This document shows positions 27,381 to 36,202 of a stretch of DNA of 64,000 nt, piece by piece; within the stretch, counting starts at the first letter, position 1; every line of letters starts with the position of its first letter. Source of the stretch: an uncultured Desulfobacteraceae bacterium (lineage in GTDB: Bacteria > Desulfobacterota > Desulfobacteria > Desulfobacterales > JALSRD01). A program made the translations under genes and the position numbers. Under the pieces are notes generated by a model, which searched no databases, was not told the DNA's origin, and worked only from the letters and a program-made list of their open reading frames with translations. The stretch covers positions 4,512-68,511 of the forward strand of contig CAYUAQ010000004.1 in assembly GCA_964442705.1 (NCBI GenBank). Direction: 5' to 3'.

Positions 27381-28559
27381 ATGCTCATCATTCCGCTCAC
27401 CGGAAAAGGCTTTCGTCAGAACCTGCCGGTTGTCACCATCGCCATCATTCTGGTCAACTGCCTGGTGTACTTCGTCTTGCAGGCCGGCGATCCCGGGAGC
27501 CTCCGCTACGGCCTCACGCCGGCACGGCCCAGTGCCGCCACCGTTATCAGCTACATGTTTTTGCACGGCAGCCTCTCCCATTTGCTGGGCAACATGATTT
27601 TCCTGTGGATCATGGGCTGCCTCATCGAAGCCGGCTGCGGACGGGCGGTCTTTGTGCTGGAATACCTGCTCGGCGGGGTCCTCTCGGCCGGGCTCTATTG
27701 CCTGGTATATTCCTACAGCCGCGTGCCACTGGTGGGCGCTTCGGGCGCCATCGCAGCCCTCATGGGAATCTTCACGGTGCTGTATGGCCGCCGCAGGATA
27801 AAAATTTTCTATTCCCTGGGGGTCTATTTCAGCACGGTCACTATTCCGGCCATCGTGGTGCTTCCCCTCTGGATCGGCAACGAAGTGTTCCAGCTCTTCT
27901 TCAGCGGCACGAGCCATGTGGCCTACGTGGCCCACCTGGGCGGCCTGCTCAGCGGTGCTCTCATGGGCGCCGCCAACCGCCTGCTGCCCACGCCGGCCGC
28001 CGTGAAGGTGCCCGATGCGGGCGCCGAACCGCAAGACCGCGTTTCTCCACTGATGGAGCAGGCCCTGGATAAAATCACCGACCTGGAACTGCCGGCGGCC
28101 GAAAAACTGCTCGAAGAAGTGTTGCTTCTGGATGCACGCCACCCCGATGCCCTGCGGCATCTTTTCCACATACGCAAACTGGAACCGCAGACAAGGCGTT
28201 TTCAATCCACCGCCGGCCGGTTGATTGCTCTGCTGTTAAAAAACCCCGCCACCCAGAAAGAAGCCCTCGCGATCTACGGGGAATACCGCGACCTTCCCGG
28301 GCGGCCGCCCCTGCCGGCCGCCCTCTACCTGCAGATTACCCTGGCTTTTATCGGCCGGGGGCGGGTGGACGAAGCCGAAAAGCTCCTGGCCGCTCTCATC
28401 CGCAAACGGCCGGATTTTCCGGGTATTTCAACAGCCCTGTTCAAGCTGGCCGCGGCCTGCCGGGACCGGGGGCTCAAAGACCGCTGGCAGCGGTACCGCC
28501 GAGTCCTCTGCACCCGTTTCCCGGAATCCGACGAGGCCCGCATGTTGCGGCAGCGATGA
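27381..28559 (+). CDS. Rhomboid-family intramembrane serine protease with C-terminal TPR-like region
   Basis: HLLGNMIFLW, catalytic GASGAIAALMG and AHLGG motifs in a 6-TM core, plus a soluble helical-repeat C-terminus. Confidence 0.75.
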   Translation: MLIIPLTGKGFRQNLPVVTIAIILVNCLVYFVLQAGDPGSLRYGLTPARPSAATVISYMFLHGSLSHLLGNMIFLWIMGCLIEAGCGRAVFVLEYLLGGVLSAGLYCLVYSYSRVPLVGASGAIAALMGIFTVLYGRRRIKIFYSLGVYFSTVTIPAIVVLPLWIGNEVFQLFFSGTSHVAYVAHLGGLLSGALMGAANRLLPTPAAVKVPDAGAEPQDRVSPLMEQALDKITDLELPAAEKLLEEVLLLDARHPDALRHLFHIRKLEPQTRRFQSTAGRLIALLLKNPATQKEALAIYGEYRDLPGRPPLPAALYLQITLAFIGRGRVDEAEKLLAALIRKRPDFPGISTALFKLAAACRDRGLKDRWQRYRRVLCTRFPESDEARMLRQR

Positions 28560-28931
28560 TCCTGATGGTCGGCGGCAGGATCCGGGGTGTGTTGCAAGGA
28601 AATATATTCCCCATGCATTTTCGTGCCTGCTGGTGCAAACCCACTGCCGGCTGATACTACAGCGCCCGCATTGTTGAGAGCGCCTTAAGATTCTCCCATA
28701 GCCTCTAGAATGAATCGACCCTGAAGTAAGCCCCCCAGAGAGATATAGCGCAATGAGCCAGGATTACCCATGGGCGCCAAGGCATCGTCGACAGCGGATA
28801 TTTGACATCATTGCATTCGGATTTACGTTATGGGTACAAGTTCCTGACGCTGCCCTGAACCACAGACTGCGCGGAACCTCCAGTCCACTTTCTGCCACGG
28901 CATCTTGTTTTCTGCTCACGATCAACCGGTC

Positions 28932-28947
28932 CACATGACGTCATGTG
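28932..28947. repeat. Perfect 16-bp palindrome CACATGACGTCATGTG in a long non-coding gap
   Basis: Read directly from the sequence. It lies about 240 nt upstream of the cNMP-binding protein gene. Confidence 0.6.
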
Positions 28948-29185
28948 TAGCATCGGCCATTTGGTCATTTCCCCTGATCCGGCGTCACAAGGGCGGGCGC
29001 GACAGGCGCTTGTGTGCATCTGGGAACGGCGGTGTCTGATGGAAAAGCGGCTAATGGCGTTCGGGGCCGAGGGGTGCGTGAAGCCGTTGCGGCGGCAGGA
29101 AGCCGGGCGGCGTTCAGGCACCGGCTCGGAGAAAGCAGCAGGCCCCTGTGATAAACCTTCAGACGTTCACGGGGAGGGCTGACGC

Positions 29186-29674
29186 ATGTATTTCAAACAG
29201 GCAGATATTCTCAAAGGACTGGAAAGGGATTTTCTGAAAAAACTCATGAATATCGCGGTCAAGGAATCTTATGAGAAAGATGAGTTTCTTTTTCATGCCG
29301 GAGATCCGGCCGCCGATTTTTATGTCCTGCTGACGGGCTGTGTGAAGATACGCCTGGAAGAACCCCGCCGGTCCGTTTATACCGTCAACAGTGCCGGCGA
29401 AGCCTTCGGGTGGTCGAGCCTGATCATGGGGGATACCTACTCGGCTTCAGCCGTTTGCAGTGAGCCTGCCAAGCTCCTCAGGTTCGACAGGGATCTGCTG
29501 CTGAAAATGGTTGACGAAAACCCGGTAAACGGGCTGCGGTTTTTCAAACAACTTGCAGCCGTATTGGGGAATCGGCTGATTAAAAGCTATGAAATGATAA
29601 CTTCCCTCACCGATGTGCAAACGCAGCCGTCGTTCGGCACCGGTCAGGTGATGGACGTTTCAGAGGCCCGTTAG
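29186..29674 (+). CDS. Stand-alone cyclic-nucleotide-binding domain protein (no DNA-binding domain)
   Basis: cNMP-binding beta-barrel pattern (FLFHAGDPAADFYVLLTG.VKI.....GEAFGWSSL....YSASA). The 162 aa leave no room for an HTH. Confidence 0.7.
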   Translation: MYFKQADILKGLERDFLKKLMNIAVKESYEKDEFLFHAGDPAADFYVLLTGCVKIRLEEPRRSVYTVNSAGEAFGWSSLIMGDTYSASAVCSEPAKLLRFDRDLLLKMVDENPVNGLRFFKQLAAVLGNRLIKSYEMITSLTDVQTQPSFGTGQVMDVSEAR

Positions 29675-29753
29675 CCTCAGCGGGTGCGGGTCGGATTCAG
29701 TCGGGTGGCCGCTTGTCGATGGGCCACATCAGCAGAGGAAAGGATGTTCAGCC

Positions 29754-30500
29754 ATGCATTACGTCAAAGTGGGGGTGGGGGGCGGACTGCTTTGCCTGCT
29801 CGTTTTTTCCTCAGTTTGTTTTTCTGCCAGGGCTGACAAGACCATGTCTTCTGGAAAAGATGCTTATGCCGGTCTCCGGGCCCGTATGGTGGAGCGGCAG
29901 ATTGCCGGCCGGGGGATAAAAAATCCCAGAGTGCTGGCAGCCCTTCGCAAGGTGGAGCGGCACCGTTTCGTGCCGGAACGCTACCGGTCCCGGGCCTACG
30001 ATGACACCCCGCTGCCCATCGGAGAAGGGCAGACCATTTCGCAGCCTTACATCGTTGCCTACATGACGGAGGCCCTCGACCCCAAACCTTCCGACCGGGT
30101 GCTGGAAATCGGCACCGGCTCCGGGTACCAGGCCGCCATCCTGGCGGAACTGTGCCACCACGTATACACCATTGAAATCGTTGCATCTCTGGGGAAAAGG
30201 GCCGCAGCGCTGCTTGCGGATCTGGGCTACCGCAATATATCCGTCAAAATCGGTGACGGCTACCAGGGATGGGAGGAACACGCACCGTTTGATGCCATCA
30301 TCGTCACCTGTGCACCCACGGACGTGCCGGCACCTCTCAAGCGCCAGCTCAAAGAGGGCGGGCTCATGGTCATTCCCGTGGGCTCAGGCTTCTCCCAGGA
30401 CCTGCTGCTGCTGCGGAAAAAGGGGGGAAAGCTGCAGGTCGAGTCCACCCTGCCGGTGCGCTTCGTTCCCATGGTGAACGATTCCGGCAAAACATATTGA
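29754..30500 (+). CDS. pcm: Protein-L-isoaspartate O-methyltransferase with N-terminal signal/anchor sequence
   Basis: RH.FVP......AY.D.PLPIGEGQTISQPY.VA.M.E.L, LEIGTGSGYQAAILAEL, IIVT.A. An N-terminal hydrophobic stretch (GGGLLCLLVFSSVCFSARA) precedes the catalytic domain. Confidence 0.85.
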   Translation: MHYVKVGVGGGLLCLLVFSSVCFSARADKTMSSGKDAYAGLRARMVERQIAGRGIKNPRVLAALRKVERHRFVPERYRSRAYDDTPLPIGEGQTISQPYIVAYMTEALDPKPSDRVLEIGTGSGYQAAILAELCHHVYTIEIVASLGKRAAALLADLGYRNISVKIGDGYQGWEEHAPFDAIIVTCAPTDVPAPLKRQLKEGGLMVIPVGSGFSQDLLLLRKKGGKLQVESTLPVRFVPMVNDSGKTY

Positions 30501-30550
30501 TGCATGTGGTTATTTGGGTCAGGCTTTTCCCCCGCGGCTGTGTCCACTGG

Positions 30551-31999
30551 TCACGCCGGTGTCGTCCGGGCCAGATGCGACAGGTAGGTTTCCGCCTGGG
30601 GGGCGATCTCGTGATGGGGATACTTGCTGACCAAACCCCGCAGAATCTTGCGGGCCCGCTCGGGGTTCATCAGGCGGTCGTGGAAGATCTGGGCGGCCCG
30701 GAAATAGGCTTTGGGCACCAGGGGATCATCCGGATGGGACTTGACCAGGCGGTTGAAGGCAGCGATGGCGGCCTTGCTCTTGCCGCTTTCATTGAACCAG
30801 CTTCCCAGATGAAACAGGGTCTTGGCCGGCGGGATAAAGGTGCCGTCGTCGGCCATGCATTCACCATAGAGCTGCAGGGCCTCCTGTTTCCTGCCGGCGC
30901 CCGCCAGCAGATCCAGGTGGCGGACGCGGTGTTTCTTCAGCAGATCGTCGCGTTTTTTTAACTTGAGCAGGGTGTAGTACCGTTCGGACAGTTCCACGTC
31001 TTCTATCCCGTCCCTGACGGCGGCCGCCTCCAGTGCCGCCACGGCTTCGTCATGTCGGCCCTCTTTTATCAGCAGGTTGACCCGATTGAGCAGCAGGGTG
31101 TTCTCGTCCGTTTCCTCGGACGGTCCCTGGGCCTCGGGGTCCCTGAAATCTTCGTAGTTGACCTCGTATCCGATCTGGCGATGATACTGCAGAATGACGT
31201 ATCCCATCAGGTGGTAGGAGATGATGGCGTAATACACTTTGGCCAGACCGAACAGGAAAACGGCCAGGGGAACGGGCAGGTACTGGATGAAATGACGCCC
31301 CAGGACCATGGGGGCGCTGCCCAGTAGTGACAGGAAGAAATACAGCAGCAGGTAGCTCCAGCCGATACGCAGCGCCAGTCCGATGAACAGCACGGGATTG
31401 AGGGCGCCGACAAGCGAATTGGTGGTCGCCAGCAGGATGATCATGGCCGGTGCCATCAGCATGGCCAGCAGATAGAACACGATGGCCAGGAAACGCCCGC
31501 CCCCGGCGGCGGCCATGACCAGTCCGATACCGATGACGGCGAACAGCACAATCTGCTTGAACACCTGGTGGAAGTCGTCCGACAGGGTGCGTGCGTCCAG
31601 GGGCGGCGGCTTGAGATCACCGGAAGCCGTGGACGTAAGGGCGGCGTAGCTGTACTTGAGGGTCACTCCCCACAGTAGAATGCGCGCGATGGCGGCAAAC
31701 AGGCCCCGCGCGGAAAAAGCCGTTCCGAGCGCCGCGACCACCACCATCAGGATGAGGGGCCAGCGGCTCAGCGGGTAGAGAAAAAACCGCGGCAGCCGCT
31801 GCCAGAAGGGAGCGATGACATTTTCGACCCCCAGCCAGCGGGCCGGTATGCGGCAGGTGGGACACAGGTGCAGGGTTTCCGGGTTCAGTCCCGTGTCGTG
31901 GGTGCGCACCAGGATGCAGTCCGGGCAGAAAGCGGCGCCGCAGGTGTCGCAGACCCACTGCGCCGGCCGTGTGGGGTGGTAACGGCACGACTGTCTCAT
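30551..31999 (-). CDS. Membrane protein: N-terminal double zinc-ribbon, multi-TM core, C-terminal TPR repeats
   Basis: CRYHP....WVCDTCGAAFCPDC....LCPTC Cys pairs, about 6-7 hydrophobic helices, then TPR-like helical repeats. I cannot assign a family. Confidence 0.5.
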   Translation of the reverse strand: MRQSCRYHPTRPAQWVCDTCGAAFCPDCILVRTHDTGLNPETLHLCPTCRIPARWLGVENVIAPFWQRLPRFFLYPLSRWPLILMVVVAALGTAFSARGLFAAIARILLWGVTLKYSYAALTSTASGDLKPPPLDARTLSDDFHQVFKQIVLFAVIGIGLVMAAAGGGRFLAIVFYLLAMLMAPAMIILLATTNSLVGALNPVLFIGLALRIGWSYLLLYFFLSLLGSAPMVLGRHFIQYLPVPLAVFLFGLAKVYYAIISYHLMGYVILQYHRQIGYEVNYEDFRDPEAQGPSEETDENTLLLNRVNLLIKEGRHDEAVAALEAAAVRDGIEDVELSERYYTLLKLKKRDDLLKKHRVRHLDLLAGAGRKQEALQLYGECMADDGTFIPPAKTLFHLGSWFNESGKSKAAIAAFNRLVKSHPDDPLVPKAYFRAAQIFHDRLMNPERARKILRGLVSKYPHHEIAPQAETYLSHLARTTPA

Positions 32000-32106
32000 T
32001 CTTCAGCCTTCCTCCAGAAAATATGCGCGGTTGCCGCCGGCCGACCGCAGGTCTGCCATCAGTCCGGGGCTCGATGCCCGCCGAAGCCTTTATCGGCAGG
32101 CAGCAG

Positions 32107-32122
32107 GCAAAAGTTGAGCCCC
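32107..32122 (-). promoter_or_regulatory. Candidate sigma-54 (-24/-12) promoter for the zinc-ribbon/TPR membrane gene
   Basis: The minus strand reads GGGGCTCAACTTTTGC. GGC and TTGC have the consensus 12-nt G-to-G spacing, about 110 nt upstream of ATG 31999. Confidence 0.35.
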
Positions 32123-32182
32123 GTGGCAGGATTGCGGTTTGTGGAAGGGGGGCGTCTTCGGTCTGTATCGGCGAAGGAGGTG

Positions 32183-33673
32183 TCAGCCGGCGCCGGTTTG
32201 GAGCCACCGGTCCACGTATTTTCTGACGGTGCGCCGGTCCAAGCCGCAGCGGCGAGCGGCCGCCTCATAGGTGCCGCAGCGGCGGTACATCAGGAAGCAG
32301 TAGCCGTCCAGCAGGCGCTGGGCTTCGATGCTGCCGTTTTCAATGCCCGCTGTGAGCCGTGAGGCGAGGTCCGGTGCCCTGCTCTCGGAGGGGACTCCGC
32401 GGCAGTGCCGATTGAGCAGTATGCTGCGCACACACTGCTCCAGTTCCCGTACGTTGCCGGGCCAGGGGTACTCCTTTCCCAGGTCGCGCATGATGGCCTC
32501 GTGCACCATCCGCGTGATGCCCGGCAGCCGGCTGCCCAGCATGCGCTCCACCAGCAGACTGGTGAGATCCTCCAGCTCGGCCGGGTCTTCGGCCATGCGC
32601 TGCCGCAGGGGCGGGACGGTTATGATGTCCGAGCACAGGCGGTAGTAAAAGTCATCGCGCATCCGTCCCTGGCGGCGCAACGTGTCCATGGGCCGGTTGG
32701 TGGCGGCGATCACCCGGCCCTGGAAACGGTGCTCGCGGTGGCTGCCCACCGGCGAAAACACCCGTTCCTGCAGCACCCGCAGCAGTTTTATCTGTACCGG
32801 GATGGCGACGTCGCCGATTTCATCCAGGAAGATGGCCCCGTGGGGACTGCAGCGGTCGAAGATTCCCTGGTAGTCGTCCACCGCTCCGGTAAAGGCGCCT
32901 CTCCGGTGTCCGAACAGTTCGGATTCGATCAGGTTTTCGGGAAACTGGGACAGGTTCAGGGAGATGAAGGAGCGGGTGAAACTCTCCACGAAACGGCGGT
33001 ATTTCTCGTCGTAGGGGATGAAGCCGGATCGGCCGATGGCCGCCGCGGCCGTGCCCTTGCCCGTGCCGGTCTCTCCCAGGATGAGGGTCGAGAAATCCTC
33101 CATGCGGTCCCACAGGTAGCGGTTGTACAGGTCCAGGTCATGGGTGAAGACGTCGTTCCAGAGCTTGCGCCGCAGCGCCTGCATACAGGCGCTGCGGCCC
33201 ACCAGGCTGGAGGCGATGAAAAAGTAGGCCCGTCGCAGTTGAAAGACCACCTCGAAATAGCGGCACATATCCGCGATCTCAAAACCTCTTTCCCCCAGAT
33301 AGGAAAATGCCTGGCGGGCGAAGGGCACCTCCAACGGCCGGTTCCCGGCTTCGATCTGGTCCAGGATGAAACGGTCGAAGCGGTCGATGAAACGGTGGAA
33401 AAAGTCAAACAGCAGGGAAGTCTCCAGCAGCCGGCGGTCCTCTCCCCCGTAGCTGCGGATGTTCCCGCCGCCTCTGTGCTCCAGGCGCTGGAGGTATGCC
33501 CCGATTTTGCCCGTCAGGGCCTCCATCCGTCGCGGCTCGGGGACGTCAGCGGGCAGGCCGGTGATCTGCAGGTCCAGGGCGGTGCGTTCGTCACTGAACG
33601 GATTCGTAAAGACCGCCCGGCTGACCAGGGTGAAGAACCGGCGTTCTTCAGGTGTGAGATGGTGTCTTTGCAT
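32183..33673 (-). CDS. Sigma-54-dependent transcriptional activator (bEBP) with non-canonical N-terminal domain
   Basis: AAA+ core GETGTGKG, ESELFGHRRGAFTGA (GAFTGA loop), FLDEIGD, RVIAATN, and a C-terminal HTH (YEAAARRCGLDRRTVRKYV). The first ~190 aa are not a receiver, PAS or GAF domain as far as I can recognise. Confidence 0.85.
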   Translation of the reverse strand: MQRHHLTPEERRFFTLVSRAVFTNPFSDERTALDLQITGLPADVPEPRRMEALTGKIGAYLQRLEHRGGGNIRSYGGEDRRLLETSLLFDFFHRFIDRFDRFILDQIEAGNRPLEVPFARQAFSYLGERGFEIADMCRYFEVVFQLRRAYFFIASSLVGRSACMQALRRKLWNDVFTHDLDLYNRYLWDRMEDFSTLILGETGTGKGTAAAAIGRSGFIPYDEKYRRFVESFTRSFISLNLSQFPENLIESELFGHRRGAFTGAVDDYQGIFDRCSPHGAIFLDEIGDVAIPVQIKLLRVLQERVFSPVGSHREHRFQGRVIAATNRPMDTLRRQGRMRDDFYYRLCSDIITVPPLRQRMAEDPAELEDLTSLLVERMLGSRLPGITRMVHEAIMRDLGKEYPWPGNVRELEQCVRSILLNRHCRGVPSESRAPDLASRLTAGIENGSIEAQRLLDGYCFLMYRRCGTYEAAARRCGLDRRTVRKYVDRWLQTGAG

Positions 33674-33805
33674 TCATGGCTCCACGGTCGGGCCGGCGGC
33701 GGCACGACCGTGCCGGGAGCCAGCCGGGACTTCGGGTTGGTCTGGCATCGATGCGCATTCCGAATATCTGGAAGGCATTTCGGCCGTAAAAATAAAGTAC
33801 ATAAT

Positions 33806-33824
33806 ATGTATACCATATATACAT
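33806..33824. promoter_or_regulatory. Inverted repeat ATGTATA-N5-TATACAT, candidate activator binding site
   Basis: Read directly. It lies about 100 bp upstream of the candidate -24/-12 element at 33923, in the divergent intergenic region. Confidence 0.25.
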
Positions 33825-33922
33825 TTTGTGGACATAAGGCGACCATAGCATAAGATCGTATTTTGGGCAACCACGCATTATTAGCTATAAAATACAATAT
33901 GTTATATCGACGCAGTGAAGCC

Positions 33923-33938
33923 TGGCATGTTTCTTGGT
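33923..33938 (+). promoter_or_regulatory. Candidate sigma-54 (-24/-12) promoter for the VIT-vWA/rhombosortase pair
   Basis: TGGCATGTTTCTTGGT compared with consensus TGGCACG-N4-TTGCW. The -24 half is good; the -12 reads TTGG instead of TTGC. It lies 77 nt upstream of ATG 34015. Confidence 0.4.
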
Positions 33939-34014
33939 AATCTGCCGAGGCAGAAGCGCGCCCCACGGTACTCCAGGCACAGGGGCCGCAATGCCAACGG
34001 AAAGGAGATGCCTC

Positions 34015-36108
34015 ATGGAAAAGTCGATCTTTGGGAACATGCTCAAAAAAAGCAGGTTGGTGCTGACCGTCCTCGCCCTGGTGGTTTTGGGCGGCGTTTT
34101 CGCCGGCCGCGGCCAGGCGGCCGGGCTGCTCATCGCCGACGGCGGCTTCGGCGGCGTGCTGGAAATCGAGGCGCACACCGTCCAGGTGACCATCAACAAC
34201 GGTGTGGCCGTCACCCGGGTGAGCCAGGTGTTTCGCAACACGGAAAAGCGGCAGGTGGAGGCCCTGTATACGTTTCCGGTGCCCAGGGGCGCTTCGGTGG
34301 CCAGTTTTTCCATGTGGATCAACGGCAAGGAAATGGTGGGCGAAGTGGTGGAAAAAAAGCGTGCCCGCCAGATTTACGACAGCTACAAGCGTAAACGGCG
34401 CGATCCGGGATTGTTGGAGCAGGTGGACTACAAGACCTTCGAGATGCGCATTTTCCCCATCGCGGCCGCCGCCCGCCAGAAGGTGCAGATCGTCTACTAC
34501 CAGGAACTGGCGGTGGACAACGACCAGGTGACCTACGTCTACCCCCTGGCCACGGCCACGCGCCGCGACGTGGACGCCCGCACGGCGGCAAAATTCGCCA
34601 TCAACGTGGACATCAAGTCCGCCGTTCCCATTACGACCGTGGACAGCCCCAGCCACCCCGACGCCTTCGTGGTGGCCCGGCACGCGGACACCCTGGTGCA
34701 GGCCAGCCTCGAAAGCGCCGGCGGCAGCCTGGCTTCGGACGTGGTGGTGCACTACGCCCTGGCGCGCCCCCGCACAGGTCTCGACCTCATCACCTCGCGT
34801 ACCGCCGGGCAGGACGGCTACTTCATGCTGACCCTGACGGCCGGCCAGGAACTGGCCCTGAAAAACGCCGGCATGGACTATGTTTTCCTGCTGGATATCT
34901 CCGGCAGCATGGCGCACGACGGCAAGCTGGTGACCTCCAAGCACTCCATCGACGCCTTCATCGATGCGCTGGACGAGGGCGACCGTTTCGAAGTCATGAC
35001 CTTCAATGTCAGTCCCCGCACCCTGTTCGGCAGCCTGCAGCCGGCTGCCGCCGAGACGAAAAAACAGGCCCGAACCTTCATGGGTTCCCAGCAGGCCAGG
35101 GGCGGCACCGTGCTGGCGCCGGCCATGACCACGGCTTACAGGTACGGCGACCCCGACCGCACCTTGAACGTGGTGATCCTCAGCGACGGCATGACCGAGC
35201 AGAAGGAGCGGCGGGAGTTGCTGGGGCTCATCGGTTCCCGGCCGCGCAACGCGCGGGTGTTCTGTATCGGCGTGGGCAACGAGGTCAACCGCCCGCTTTT
35301 GGAGCAGCTGGCCGAAGACTCCGGCGGGCTGGCGGCCTTCATCTCGCAGGGCGACGACTTCAAGCGCCAGGCGCAGGCTTTTCGCCGCAAGCTGACGCAC
35401 CCCGTGGCCACCGATCTTGACATCGGCTTCGACGGCGTCCAGGTCTACGACGTGGAGCCGCGCATCCTGCCCAACCTGTACCACGGCGCACCGGTGCGCA
35501 TTTACGGCCGCTACAGGGGCAGCGGTACGGCCCGCGTGTCTCTCAAGGCCAGCGTCCGCGGCGTGGAACTCAGCCAGACCACCGCGCTGCCGTTTCCGGC
35601 GGAAGACGCCGGCAATCCGGAGATCGAACGCATGTGGGCCAGCAAGCGCGTGGACCGGCTGCTCAAAAAGGCCGACCGCACCGGAACCCGCCAGCAGGTG
35701 GCCGACGAGGTCATCCGGCTGGCCGAGGCATACGCCATCGTCACCGAGTACACCTCGTTTCTGGTGCTGGAAAATGACGCCGAGTACAAGCGCTGGAAGA
35801 TCCAGCGGCGCAGCGCCGCGCGCATGGCCCGCGACCGCCGCGCCCAGGCCGCCCGTCAGGAGGCGCTGGCGGACATTCGGCGCAGGGCCGTGGCCGACCT
35901 GGGTCCCCACGCGGTTCGAGGTTCCGGAAACAGCGTACCGACCCGGCCGGCATCCGGAAAGTCACCGGTCCCGGCAGCACAACCTTCTCCGGCACCCGCG
36001 ACCCGTCCCCAGAGCCGCAACATCGATTTGGGCGTGGGAACGGGACCGGTGGGACCGCTGTTCGTGGCCGCCGCCTGCTGGCTGAGGCGGCGAAAGAAGA
36101 AGAGGTAA
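34015..36108 (+). CDS. Secreted VIT + von Willebrand factor A domain protein with C-terminal Gly-rich/TM/poly-basic sorting-like tail
   Basis: RBS GGAAAGGAG. Signal peptide ...LALVVLGGVFAGRGQAA. VIT-like N-terminus. vWA MIDAS motif VFLLDISGSM. Pro/Ser-rich linker, then the tail GVGTGPVGPLFVAAACWLRRRKKKR (nt 36031-36105). Confidence 0.8.
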   Translation: MEKSIFGNMLKKSRLVLTVLALVVLGGVFAGRGQAAGLLIADGGFGGVLEIEAHTVQVTINNGVAVTRVSQVFRNTEKRQVEALYTFPVPRGASVASFSMWINGKEMVGEVVEKKRARQIYDSYKRKRRDPGLLEQVDYKTFEMRIFPIAAAARQKVQIVYYQELAVDNDQVTYVYPLATATRRDVDARTAAKFAINVDIKSAVPITTVDSPSHPDAFVVARHADTLVQASLESAGGSLASDVVVHYALARPRTGLDLITSRTAGQDGYFMLTLTAGQELALKNAGMDYVFLLDISGSMAHDGKLVTSKHSIDAFIDALDEGDRFEVMTFNVSPRTLFGSLQPAAAETKKQARTFMGSQQARGGTVLAPAMTTAYRYGDPDRTLNVVILSDGMTEQKERRELLGLIGSRPRNARVFCIGVGNEVNRPLLEQLAEDSGGLAAFISQGDDFKRQAQAFRRKLTHPVATDLDIGFDGVQVYDVEPRILPNLYHGAPVRIYGRYRGSGTARVSLKASVRGVELSQTTALPFPAEDAGNPEIERMWASKRVDRLLKKADRTGTRQQVADEVIRLAEAYAIVTEYTSFLVLENDAEYKRWKIQRRSAARMARDRRAQAARQEALADIRRRAVADLGPHAVRGSGNSVPTRPASGKSPVPAAQPSPAPATRPQSRNIDLGVGTGPVGPLFVAAACWLRRRKKKR

Positions 36109-36202
36109 CCCATGATCCGTTGGGGGGAGCCGGTCTCCCCCTCCGTTCCCTGACAGGTCTGTGTTGGGGATGATGCTACTTTGAAAAAAATGAGGACCAC
36201 CC

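Noticed and set aside
27381-28559. Whether the rhomboid-TPR protease is the processing enzyme for the VIT-vWA tail protein.
   Set aside because: It is about 6 kb away and separated by unrelated genes. It has the generic GlpG-like architecture plus a soluble TPR extension. The short rhombosortase-like gene directly downstream of the substrate is the far better candidate.
28753-29182. Small ORFs (61, 97 and 79 aa) in the 625-bp gap upstream of the cNMP-binding gene.
   Set aside because: They overlap one another, are Arg/Cys/Ser-rich and have no RBS or family resemblance. I treat the region as non-coding or regulatory.
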